Shown: in pieces, positions 51,701 through 63,330 of the stretch
Numbering within the stretch: the stretch's first letter is position 1
Layout of the letters: each line of letters starts with the position of its first letter
Source of the DNA: Antedon mediterranea
Taxonomy: Eukaryota; Animalia; Echinodermata
Length of the DNA: 64,000 bases
Reading direction: 5' to 3'
Assembly (NCBI RefSeq): GCF_964355755.1
Contig: NC_092670.1
Location: 39,730,388-39,794,387, forward strand
Translations under genes and position numbers: made by a program
The notes under the pieces: model-generated
The model's input: the letters and a program-made list of their open reading frames with translations, nothing else
What the model was told of the DNA's origin: nothing
The model's database searches: none

Positions 51701-53608
51701 TCTGGTAGGCGCTGTACTGCTGGCTGTCGTGGAGGGCCTAATCCGAATTTCCTCAGTTAAGCTTGAGAACGAATAATTACATTTAACATTATTAATTAGG
51801 TGCGAAGCAAATGTCAGTTCATTGAGACTGAAGGAGGAGACTGGCACATTACCGCTGTGTTCAATGAGTTCCAAGCCAAACCTGACCGTTGTTATGCTCC
51901 ACATATTCTCATTGTTTGGGGCTGGAATAGCCATGAGTATGTGGGTTTGGACACCATCAACAATTGCTATTTGGCGCAGAACTTGGCGAAGGTAAGTTGT
52001 TCTATATCAGTCACAAAACGATATTTTGTATGGCAGTTTAAGGAGAATGGAACTTTAAAATCTTCATACATATAGACTTTACATATATTGTATATTATTT
52101 TCTGATTGGTTACAGAGTTACAAGACAACCAATCAACGAACCACAAAAATTGAAGAAGTGTCGCATGATAGCGAAAGCATTTGCCAAGAAGGACCAACTA
52201 AAAGGAGACTATGATGATGCGGACGGGATGTCTGTCAGCTTTGAATCTGCATCGCATGATGACCCATTAGGTAAATCTTTCGTAATACAGTACTACTAGT
52301 ACAATATACAATTAATGTTACAGAGCCAAAGCATAACAGCAATGAGCGCTCACTCGCTCACCCAGAGCATAAGCAGCCCCAGTGTAACTACCCACCGTTG
52401 GAGGGCCCCTTAGGAGCACTAAACTAGGCCTTTTCTTTCTGCATTACAGCACTGATCATTTATAATCTAAAAAAAGAATGTTTTAACTGTTTATATGAAG
52501 TGTTTTATAAGTAGTTTTGTGACTGTGCAATTTGGTAATAGTCACTCTCATACTGTACATTTAAAAGTAACACATCCAAATGCCAACTTCAAGTCAATGG
52601 CTACCAGATGTCTCTGCGAGACGGTTATTTGAACCAGTACCAGTTTTGGACAGAAAATTGCTTTTTCGTACTCCAGTTTCTATTTCGTATGTAAATTGTA
52701 TTATTACTGTAGACATGTCCAGGAGTCTCTCAAGACAGCATATTTACTATGACATTTGTTCCTTTCTTTCAATCCAAATACCACCTCACAACTGATATTG
52801 AAATCTTTTATCTAAACAGATATGCGGCTTGATATTCCTCCATCAAGTGTCACAGATGAAACATCGTCAGCAAATTGGGGTCACAATGTACCAACACGAA
52901 TGTTAACAAGAAGGGGTGCAGCTGTACCCGTACCCCTTATCTCTGCTATCTCTCAATCAAGTTCATCTGGTATTGGTAAGTTGTTATTTGTTGATGCTCG
53001 GTTGTCAATTGCTGGGGGTGGAACACCACCAGGATACGAGAACACTCACAACATATTATTTAGGTGTTTGTTGAATAAAGAAAAAATATTGATATCTGCA
53101 CCATTGTCACGGTGTCGGTTCTCCAAATGAATAATTTGAGCATTATGAGTGTCTATAATGAGTTTTAAAAAAAGCTAGAACTATTATTAGATCTGCATGC
53201 AATATTTGATATTTTTATAAAAGAATTCTTTTGCTTCAGATCCATCAATGTACAGAAGACAACACACAGGTCGCCGTAACAACCCGATCCAAGCAGAAGT
53301 CACGGTAGAACCACCGCCATCAAACCAACGAGGACCAAGTAGATTACAACGAAAGAAGCGACTTGCACCAGTTTACCATCGACCCAGTGGTCTCGAAACA
53401 CCAATTGCGGACAAGCAGCTGTCCTTGCATGGAAATGGAATCAATCGATATGGCAGCTCCGTACAGGATGATCCACTCGGGTTACTGGCACAAAAAACAA
53501 TCATCTGTGCCAAAACTTCCAGCAATTTCAAAGCAAAAGCGGGTTATGATGATACAGCAGCCATTTGATATCGACTGTGAAGATCTTAGCCATAAAGATT
53601 GGTTTTAA
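48716..53608 (+). CDS. SMO: Smoothened; exons 48716-49168, 49294-49503, 49621-49793, 50107-50326, 50550-50673, 51108-51200, 51383-51491, 51800-51991, 52116-52270, 52820-52975, and 53240 to either 53568 or 53608
   Basis: CRD ([27 protein letters not shown]), [52 protein letters not shown]. The stop codon is ambiguous (see findings). Confidence 0.95.
51525..51760 (+). mobile_element. Degenerate tRNA-derived SINE in an SMO intron
   Basis: TGGTTAGC...GGTTCGAGCC boxes, CORE-like CCTTAGGCAAGATACTTTAC, and GTTAAAGAA motif. Confidence 0.5.
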
Positions 53609-54159
53609 TTTTTAATGTAAATACTAATGTATATTTTTTATTTTAGTGATAGGTATTCTACCATTTCAGTATTAAAGAATTGCTACTTCCACCAATATTG
53701 TAAGAATTATTTGTATATTTTTATTTAAGTACAACTAGATTATTTAACATTTTAAGTGCATGTGCTTAATAGTTGTAAAAAAAATATTTCTTATTTTTAA
53801 AAGTTGTTTACTGTAAAGTGCTTAAGAGTGGTGCGGGTAACTTAAGATTGATGTTGCCAATTAACAAGTGTTTTGCTTATGTACTGTGTACTTAGATTAG
53901 TTCATAAGTAAATAATGTTATTAGTCAAATAAAACACAATTAGTAGAACACAACTAATAAAGTTTGGATACCTGATGCCTTGATAAAGCACCAATTATAT
54001 TCCGTTGTCTTTGTTTATTAAACCAGTACAGCACATTCGTTTGGTGTCACTGTCAAGTATGTGTCATAATGATTACTTTTAAGAAATAAAAAAAACAGTG
54101 CAGTTAACAAAATCTTTGTGCTACGTAATTCAACCAATTTACTTTGACGACAACTTATC

Positions 54160-54325
54160 TTGTCCTAGATTCCCACTTCCAGCTAGCTACCATGAGTCTG
54201 ACTCATCCGATCCTAGACTCCCACTTCCAGCTACTATACCACAATTAATCTTTTCTGAGACTCCATTCCAGCTACTGTACCACAACACAACTCATTACGT
54301 CCTAGACTCCACTTCCAGCTACCAC
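54160..54325. repeat. Degenerate short tandem repeat (CCTAGACTCCCACTTCCAGCTA-like, 3-4 copies)
   Basis: Motif recurs at about 54163, 54212, 54258 and 54301. Confidence 0.55.
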
Positions 54326-54415
54326 CGTAATTATCCTGTCCTTTCCTTAATTATTTAGGTAGTTGCAGCAATACTTGAATACTGCACTAGTTGGAACTAT
54401 TTGTTTTAAATATTC

Positions 54416-55877
54416 TCATGACTTGACTGAATTCTTTAACTCATCTTCTTCACATCTTAACTTTTGTAATTTTTGGTGACATTTGCTTATCATCTTTGGT
54501 TGGTCACTCAAAAAGAATATACTACTGTTGCCTAGCTGTTCGTACACCCTCTGTATAAAATCAATATATAATAATTATAATAATAATCAGTATCACTCCC
54601 ATCAAAATAAGGAAATGTTTTGAGATTTAATAAAACAAGAGCAATGGAAGTAAAGTAAAGTACAGTAAATAACTTAAAGCCCCCTTCCCTACGTTTTTTA
54701 GTGTTGTATTAAAGTACAGTATTAAGTAAACTCTAAATTTATTTTAGGTAGATGGGTAAAAAGTGATTTAGAGTGCTTCAATTTGTTTCTCACTTTGTTA
54801 AGAGATACAGGTACTGTATACCTGTCTTATTTAAAGCCCCTTCCCTACGTTTTTTAGATCTAATTTAAGATCACAAACTATATTTAATGTAAAAATAGCG
54901 GCACGCTATAAATCCCAAAATGCATTGCGCGCGGATTGATATTTTTGTTTTTCACCTGTAATTCGCCCACTTTTCGATCGATCGTGAGGCCAAAACAAAT
55001 GGAAGACTCCTAACTTTTCAGCGAAAATACCGGGTTTTCCCCAATTTGTATCAACGGAGTCTGGCAAAGATAGAAAGACAATTAATGCAGCAACTTTACA
55101 ACGTCAGGCTAGGTATATAGCTAGCGTACGATGTTCGTACGTTACCGATGTTTACCAGCTCGGCCTACAAAACTAATCCTAGCTAGGCTAGGCCTAAGAC
55201 CGTCCACGAGAGGTCGATCGCCGCGAGCTACTTAGGTAGTGAATTGTTTCTCACTTTTTATCATAATTTACCATAAAACGTATTAAGACAAGGAATGACA
55301 TGGTATCATGGTTTAATGTTTTTAAAGTGATATATATATGAATTATTTTCCAAAAAACGTCCAAATTTGCAGGGAAGGGGTCTTTAACAGTAGGCCTAAT
55401 AACTTACACTCCCTTTCTTTAACGATGATAATTCATTTTTCAACACAGTCTGTTCACTAATCTGTAAGAACAAATGAAATAGAATATCAATACAAGTAAC
55501 AATAATATATATATTTTTTAAAGCAAGAAATTGATCCTTTTTATTTAAATACAAGCAGCAGTATAAATTATATTAATTAAGTAGTTTACATAATTTAGAC
55601 TTGAAGAGACAAGTATAATAGTATTGGTAAGTTTAAGATTTTTCGCGCCAGTTGTGGCAGCCTACGATTACTAATACTACACTCTGGGCTTAGCTATCTA
55701 TTCACGAGGGACCTCAAGCTCAGTCAAACAACTCTGTGACTGTACTGTCTGTGATGATCATGTAACCTAAAAGTAGACAAACGCTATCCTGCTGGGCCTC
55801 TAGTACTAGTAGTAGCCTAGCTTGCTATACTTTTTTCTGACCTCCTTCGAAATGCGTATTAATCTGTGTTGCTCCAT
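54416..55877 (-). CDS. ASDURF: ASDURF-like prefoldin-like microprotein (74 aa); exons 55842-55877, 55408-55461, 54416-54550
   Basis: Phase-0 GT-AG joins give MEQHRLIRISKE-ISEQTVLKNELSSLKKGS-RVYEQLGNSSIFFLSDQPKMISKCHQKLQKLRCEEDELKNSVKS*. This matches human ASDURF as I recall it ([34 protein letters not shown]). Exon 1 is the least certain. Confidence 0.82.
54835..55383. mobile_element. TTAA-flanked Kolobok-like MITE in ASDURF intron 2; an extra left end lies at about 54674
   Basis: TTAA|AGCCCCTTCCCTAC ... GCAGGGAAGGGGTCT|TTAA. Confidence 0.7.
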
Positions 55878-58624
55878 TCTTGTTTCATGTAAGGACAAAA
55901 AATACCAAGTTCCCACTTCAAAAACTCAAACCACCACCGAAACCACCACGTGCGGTTTTGGACTTCTAGCAAAGAATATAATATCACAAGAATGAGTATT
56001 CCGCGATTTTTGCATGAGAAATTTGTAACAGAGAGCTCCAGAGAGTGATGCCCGCCCTCATAAGGGCGGATGTATACATACTAATATTATACATGTCACA
56101 TTAAATAGAATTATGATAATAGTTTTGCAATTGTAAACTATTTTATAATAATACATATTTATTAACAAACTAGTGTACATTCACTTTTACAGACAATTAT
56201 TTACTAACATGCTAAGTTAGTTCACAAAAAAGGCCTAACACAGCAACACCAAAAGTCAACGAATCGTTACTCAGCACGGCCTATTCTTTACCATTGCCCG
56301 TGTACTACTCTACGCCCGGTAAATTAAGTATTGTTTTTATGATATAAATTAGTATAAGATACATGTTATTAATAGGAAAAAATGTTAAATGTCATTAACA
56401 TTTATTTGCTTTACCAGAAACAAGTTAAATATAGGAATATTATTAAACTATCCTACGTGAAAACGCGTAAACACCAACACGCCCGGTCACGCTATCGTAG
56501 CGCCCGGTTGATAAAGCAAACTGTTTATACGGCAGTTTTTACTAAATAAATTGCATAAAACGAACAATTAAATATCTAAATAGTATTTAACATGATGTTG
56601 GCATGTAGTTATAACATTTTTTATCATAAAATACTACCGGTGGTCCAGCCTTTGATTAGTGAAACCGTCACAAAAAGTTGTATACATCCCAGATACATCC
56701 ACACTAGGCTACCACATGGACAATATTACTGTTACAGGGAAAATCGCGGAATACTCATTCTTGTGATATATATTCTTTGCTTCTTCGATAGGCAGTTTGC
56801 TGCAGCACGTCGCTGAGGATATGCCCTACATATATTGCATTTTTCTTGAGGTATTGCTTGTACCATTTGTTCGTGGGTAATTGTTTTCCACTGTAATTTC
56901 GCGTCAAGTGGCGTTACTTTTGTGTTTGTAACTCCCGCAAACCGTCATATAAATCTGATTACAGTATTTCTTCGTATCGTGTGTGTGATGAAAGAGAGGA
57001 ACGTGACAGCAGCAAAGATTGACTGTTGCCGTGTGTTTCGAGGAACGGGTGATGATGTAGCCCTGGGCCTAGCCTAGGCCTACTAGTACTACCTAGAGGA
57101 AGGCTTGGGTGGGCAGGACTTAACGTCGAAGAAACCTAGTCTAGGTAGGCGGATCGTTTAGGCTAGGCTATCTTTTCAATTCATTCATGGTAGTTTTTAA
57201 CTGTTGTAGCCTACCTAGGCCTAGCTAGCTAGAGGCTAGGCCTGGTTAATTAATGTTAAGCCTAGCCTAGGCTTGCTAGGCCTAGATCTATCTATATAGA
57301 ATAGGGCCTAGCCTAAGGCCTAGCTACGCCTATACTATAGTGTAGCCCTACTAGCTAGTAGTAGAAATAGAAGAGTGTAGCAGTTAGTAAGCCTAGATAG
57401 TAAAGTAGGCCTAGTAGTAGTAGCAGGTAGCCTACTATACTACTACTAGGCGGGATGAAGCAAGCAAGCAAGTAAATGCTAGCTAACAATAAACATTCAA
57501 TTATTATTAATCAATGTTATACATGTACATTTTAATTTATAGATACATTTTTACAATTTAATGTAAAAAACAGTAAAAATACTAATTACTAAAAAGTTTA
57601 ACAATATTAATATTTATTTTAACTTGTTTCTTGAAAGAAAAATGTATAGGGCCTATAAAGTTAAATTTTAATATTAATGTACTAGATACTATATCCTTTT
57701 ATATCATAGATTAAATGTGACCACTGTAGCATCTCTTTTACTGTAAATTAGTGTTATAACTACCTACTACTAGACCTATAAAATAGATTGTGAAGTAATT
57801 ATTGGTCGTGTTGTATTTAAAAAAAAAAAAAAAAATAATTATGGTATAATTAATATTCATATCATCATACTCGTCAGAACAAGTGCATAGGTGTGTTATT
57901 TGTATACATGTTGCAGACTTCTATATAGAATATTTTATTTTATGATTTTTTTTCTTTTTACGATAGGGTAATAAAAATCTGCTGTACCAAAACACTTTCC
58001 TGACCTTGATTGGACTTGCAGTTGATAATGCCGTAAGGACTTGTGATTTTACCCAAGAAATTTAAATGCATTTTCAGGTAAATGGATTTATAATATCAAA
58101 ATGTCCTACAATAAAACCTGGTGAATAAGAATGTTTAGTTTTATTTATATGATATTAAGAGAAACTGTGGCTGATATAATACTTTTGTTTTTTGGTGCAT
58201 CAATCTAGTTCCTGGTTGACATTTAATATTTGTTTGTTCTTTTTAGAGTGTATGGTAGCTGAATTATTTTGTCTTGCATAGCTTGTTGGCTCCTTAAACA
58301 AACTTCAGCATCTGTTGAAAACAAATTTGCAATGATATAAAATAGCAAGGTGCAAGATGTTATATATTTGTCTGTTACTCTACAGTATTATTTAATCGGG
58401 TCAATTTATGTACAGTATCTTTTATTCACATATTATAAATATTAATATAACACACTATCAAGGAAAAATTATTATTATATATATTTTGGTTCCATGTGAT
58501 GAACACTAATAAAATCTAGCATATTTGAGCAATTGAATGCTGTTTAATTAAACTGTTTAATTAAACAGCATTCAATTGCATAATTGCATTCAATTACGTA
58601 ATTTCTGTGATTTTCCATGATTGC

Positions 58625-61600
58625 ATTCAATTGCTTAAATAGACCTGATTTTTTCTTGTTTGAGTTTACTTTAGTTCCATGTGATGAACACTAATAATTT
58701 CATTCAATAAAAATAAATTTAAAGGTACAGTTACGTAATTTCTGTGATTTTTCTTGAGAGCGTGTTTTTTAATTAAACAGCATTCAATTGCTTAAATAGA
58801 CCTGATTTTTTTCTTGTTTGAGTTTAATTTAGTTCCATGTGATGAACACTAATAATTTCATTCACTAAAAATAAATTTAAAGGTACAGTTACGGAGTTTC
58901 TGTGATTTTTCTTGAGAGCGTGTTTTTTAATTAAACAGCATTCGATTGCTTAAATAGACCTGATTTTTTCTTGTTTGAGTTTACTTTAGTTCCATGTGAT
59001 GAACACTAATAATTTCATTCAATAAAAATAAATTTAAAGGTACAGTTACGGAGTTTCTGTGATTTTTCTTGAGAGCGTGTTTTTTAATTAAACAGCATTC
59101 GATTGCTTAAATAGACCTGATTTTTTCTTGTTTGAGTTTACTTTAGTTCCATGTGATGAACACTAATAATTTCATTCAATAAAAATAAATTTAAAGGTAC
59201 AGTTACGTAATTTCTGTGATTTTTCTTGAGAGCGTGTTTTTTAATTAAACAGCATTCAATTGCTTAAATAGACCTGATTTTTTCTTGTTTGAGCTTAATT
59301 TAATTCCATTTGATGAACACTAATAATTTCATTCAATAAAAATAAATTTAAAGGTACAGTTACGTAATTTCTGTGATTTTTCTTGAGAGCGTGTTTTTTA
59401 ATTAAACAGCATTCAATTGCTTAAATAGACCTGATTTTTTCTTGTTTGAGTTTACTTTAGTTCCATGTGATGAACACTAATAATTTCATTCAATAAAAAT
59501 AAATTTAAAGGTACAGTTACGTAATTTCTGTGATTTTTCTTGAGAGCGTGTTTTTTAATTAAACAGCATTCAATTGCTTAAATAGACCTGATTTTTTCTT
59601 GTTTGAGTTTAATTTAGTTCCATGTGATGAACACTAATAATTTCATTCACTAAAAATAAATTTAAAGGTACAGTTACGGAGTTTCTGTGATTTTTCTTGA
59701 GAGCGTGTTTTTTAATTAAACAGCATTCAATTGCTTAAATAGACCTGATTTTTTCTTGTTTGAGTTTACTTTAGTTCCATGTGATGAACACTAATAATTT
59801 CATTCAATAAAAATAAATTTAAAGGTACAGTTAGGTAATTTCTGTGATTTTTCTTGAGAGTGTGTTTTTTAATTAAACAGCATTCAATTGCTTAAATAGA
59901 CCTGATTTTTTTCTTGTTTGAGTTTAATTTAGTTACATGTGATGAACACTAATAATTTCATTCACTAAAAATAAATTTAAAGGTACAGTTACGGAGTTTC
60001 TGTGATTTTTCTTGAGAGCGTGTTTTTTAATTAAACAGCATTCGATTGCTTAAATAGACCTGATTTTTTCTTGTTTGAGTTTACTTTAGTTCCATGTGAT
60101 GAACACTAATAATTTCATTCAATAAAAATAAATTTAAAGGTACAGTTACGGAGTTTCTGTGATTTTTCTTGAGAGCGTGTTTTTTAATTAAACAGCATTC
60201 GATTGCTTAAATAGACCTGATTTTTTCTTGTTTGAGTTTACTTTAGTTCCATGTGATGAACACTAATAATTTCATTCAATAAAAATAAATTTAAAGGTAC
60301 AGTTACGTAATTTCTGTGATTTTTCTTGAGAGCGTGTTTTTTAATTAAACAGCATTCGATTGCTTAAATAGACCTGATTTTTTCATGTTTGAGCTTAATT
60401 TAGTTCCATTTGATGAACACTAATAATTTCATTCAATAAAAATAAATTTAAAGGTACAGTTACGTAATTTCTGTGATTTTTCTTGAGAGCGTGTTTTTTA
60501 ATTAAACAGCATTCAATTGCTTAAATAGACCTGATTTTTTCTTGTTTGAGTTTACTTTAGTTCCATGTGATGAACACTAATAATTTCATTCAATAAAAAT
60601 AAATTTAAAGGTACAGTTACGTAATTTCTGTGATTTTTCTTGAGAGCGTGTTTTTTAATTAAACAGCATTCAATTGCTTAAATAGACCTGATTTTTTCTT
60701 GTTTGAGTTTACTTTAGTTCCATGTGATGAACACTAATAATTTCATTCAATAAAAATAAATTTAAAGGTACAGTTACGTAATTTCTGTGATTTTTCTTGA
60801 GAGCGTGTTTTTTAATTAAACAGCATTCAATTGCTTAAATAGACCTGATTTTTTCTTGTTTGAGTTTACTTTAGTTCCATGTGATGAACACTAATAATTT
60901 CATTCAATAAAAATAAATTTAAAGGTACAGTTACGTAGTTTCTGTGATTTTTCTTGAGAGCGTGTTTTTTAATTAAACAGCATTCAATTGCTTAAATAGA
61001 CCTGATTTTCTCTTGTTTGAGTTTACTTTAGTTCCATGTGATGAACACTAATAATTTCATTCAATAAAAATAAATTTAAAGGTACAGTTACGTAATTTCT
61101 GTGATTTTTCTTGAGAGCGTGTTTTTTAATTAAACAGCATTCAATTGCTTAAATAGACCTGGTTTTCTCTTGTTTGAGTTTACTTTAGTTCCATGTGATG
61201 AACACTATTAATTTCATTCAATCAAAATAAATTTAAAGGTACAGTTACGTAGTTTCTGTGATTTTTCTTGAGAGCGTGTTTTTTAATTAAACAGCATTCG
61301 ATTGCTTAAATAGACCTGATTTTTTCTTGTTTGAGTTTACTTTAGTTCCATGTGATGAACACTAATAATTTCATTCAATAAAAATAAATTTAAAGGTACA
61401 GTTACGTAATTTCTGTGATTTTTCTTGAGAGCGTGTTTTTTAATTAAACAGCATTCAATTGCTTAAATAGACCTGATTTTTTCTTGTTTGAGTTTAATTT
61501 AGTTCCATGTGATGAACACTAATAATTTCATTCACTAAAAATAAATTTAAAGGTACAGTTACGGAGTTTCTGTGATTTTTCTTGAGAGCGTGTTTTTTAA

Positions 61601-63330
61601 TTAAACAGCATTCAATTGCTTAAATAGACCTGATTTTTTCTTGTTTGAGTTTACTTTAGTTCCATGTGATGAACACTAATAATTTCATTCAATAAAAATA
61701 AATTTAAAGGTACAGTTAGGTAATTTCTGTGATTTTTCTTGAGAGTGTGTTTTTTAATTAAACAGCATTCAATTGCTTAAATAGACCTGATTTTTTTCTT
61801 GTTTGAGTTTAATTTAGTTACATGTGATGAACACTAATAATTTCATTCACTAAAAATAAATTTAAAGGTACAGTTACGGAGTTTCTGTGATTTTTCTTGA
61901 GAGCGTGTTTTTTAATTAAACAGCATTCGATTGCTTAAATAGACCTGATTTTTTCTTGTTTGAGTTTACTTTAGTTCCATGTGATGAACACTAATAATTT
62001 CATTCAATAAAAATAAATTTAAAGGTACAGTTACGGAGTTTCTGTGATTTTTCTTGAGAGCGTGTTTTTTAATTAAACAGCATTCGATTGCTTAAATAGA
62101 CCTGATTTTTTCTTGTTTGAGTTTACTTGTTCCATGGGATGAACACTAATAATTTCATTCAATAAAAATAAATTTAAAGGTACAGTTACGTAATTTCTGT
62201 GATTTTTCTTGAGAGCGTGTTTTTTAATTAAACAGCATTCAATTGCTTAAATAGACCTGATTTTTTCTTGTTTGAGTTTACTTTAGTTCCATGTGATGAA
62301 CACTAATAATTTCATTCAATAAAAATAAATTTAAAGGTACAGTTACGTAATTTCTGTGATTTTTCTTGAGAGCGTGTTTTTTAATTAAACAGCATTCAAT
62401 TGCTTAAATAGACCTGATTTTCTCTTGTTTGAGTTTACTTTAGTTCCATGTGATGAACACTAATAATTTCATTCAATAAAAATAAATTTAAAGGTACAGT
62501 TACGTAGTTTCTGTGATTTTTCTTGAGAGCGTGTTTTTTAATTAAACAGCATTCAATTGCTTAAATAGACCTGGTTTTCTCTTGTTTGAGTTTACTTTAG
62601 TTCTATGTGATGAACACTATTAATTTCATTCAATAAAAATAAATTTAAAGGTACAGTTACGTAATTTTTGTGATTTTTCTTGAGAGCGTGTTTTTTAATT
62701 AAACAGCATTCGATTGCTTAAATAGACCTGATTTTTTCTTGTTTGAGTTTACTTTAGTTCCATGTGATGAACACTAATAATTTCATTCAATAAAAATAAA
62801 TTCATAGGTACAGTTACGTAATTTCTGTGATTTTTCTTGAGAGCGTGTTTTTTAATTAAACAGCATTCAATTGCTTAAATAGACCTGATTTTTTCTTGTT
62901 TGAGTTTACTTTAGTTCCATGTGATGAACACTAATAATTTCATTCAATAAAAATTAATTTAAAGGTACAGTTACGTAGTTTCTGTGATTTTTCTTGAGAG
63001 CGTGTTTTTTAATTAAACAGCATTCAATTGCTTATTTTTTCTTGTTTGAGTTTATTTTAGTTCCATGTGATGAACACTAATAATTTCATTCAATCAAAAT
63101 AAATTTAAAGGTACAGTTACGTAGTTTCTGTGATTTTTCTTGAGAGCGTGTTTTTTAATTAAACAGCATTCGATTGCTTAAATAGACCTGATGTTTTCTT
63201 GTTTGAGTTTACTTTAGTTCCATGTGATGAACACTAATAATTTCATTCAATAAAAATAAATTTAAAGGTACAGTTACGTAGTTTCTGTGATTTTTCTTGA
63301 GAGCGTGTTTTTTAGTTAAATAACATTCAA
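58625..63330. repeat. 157-bp satellite, about 30 near-identical copies
   Basis: TTCCATGTGATGAACAC recurs at 58675, 58833, 58990, 59147 and onward, with a period of 157-158 bp. Confidence 0.97.

Noticed and set aside
58625-63330. CRISPR-like array
   Set aside because: Units are contiguous near-identical monomers with no unique spacers, there are no cas genes, and the context is eukaryotic.
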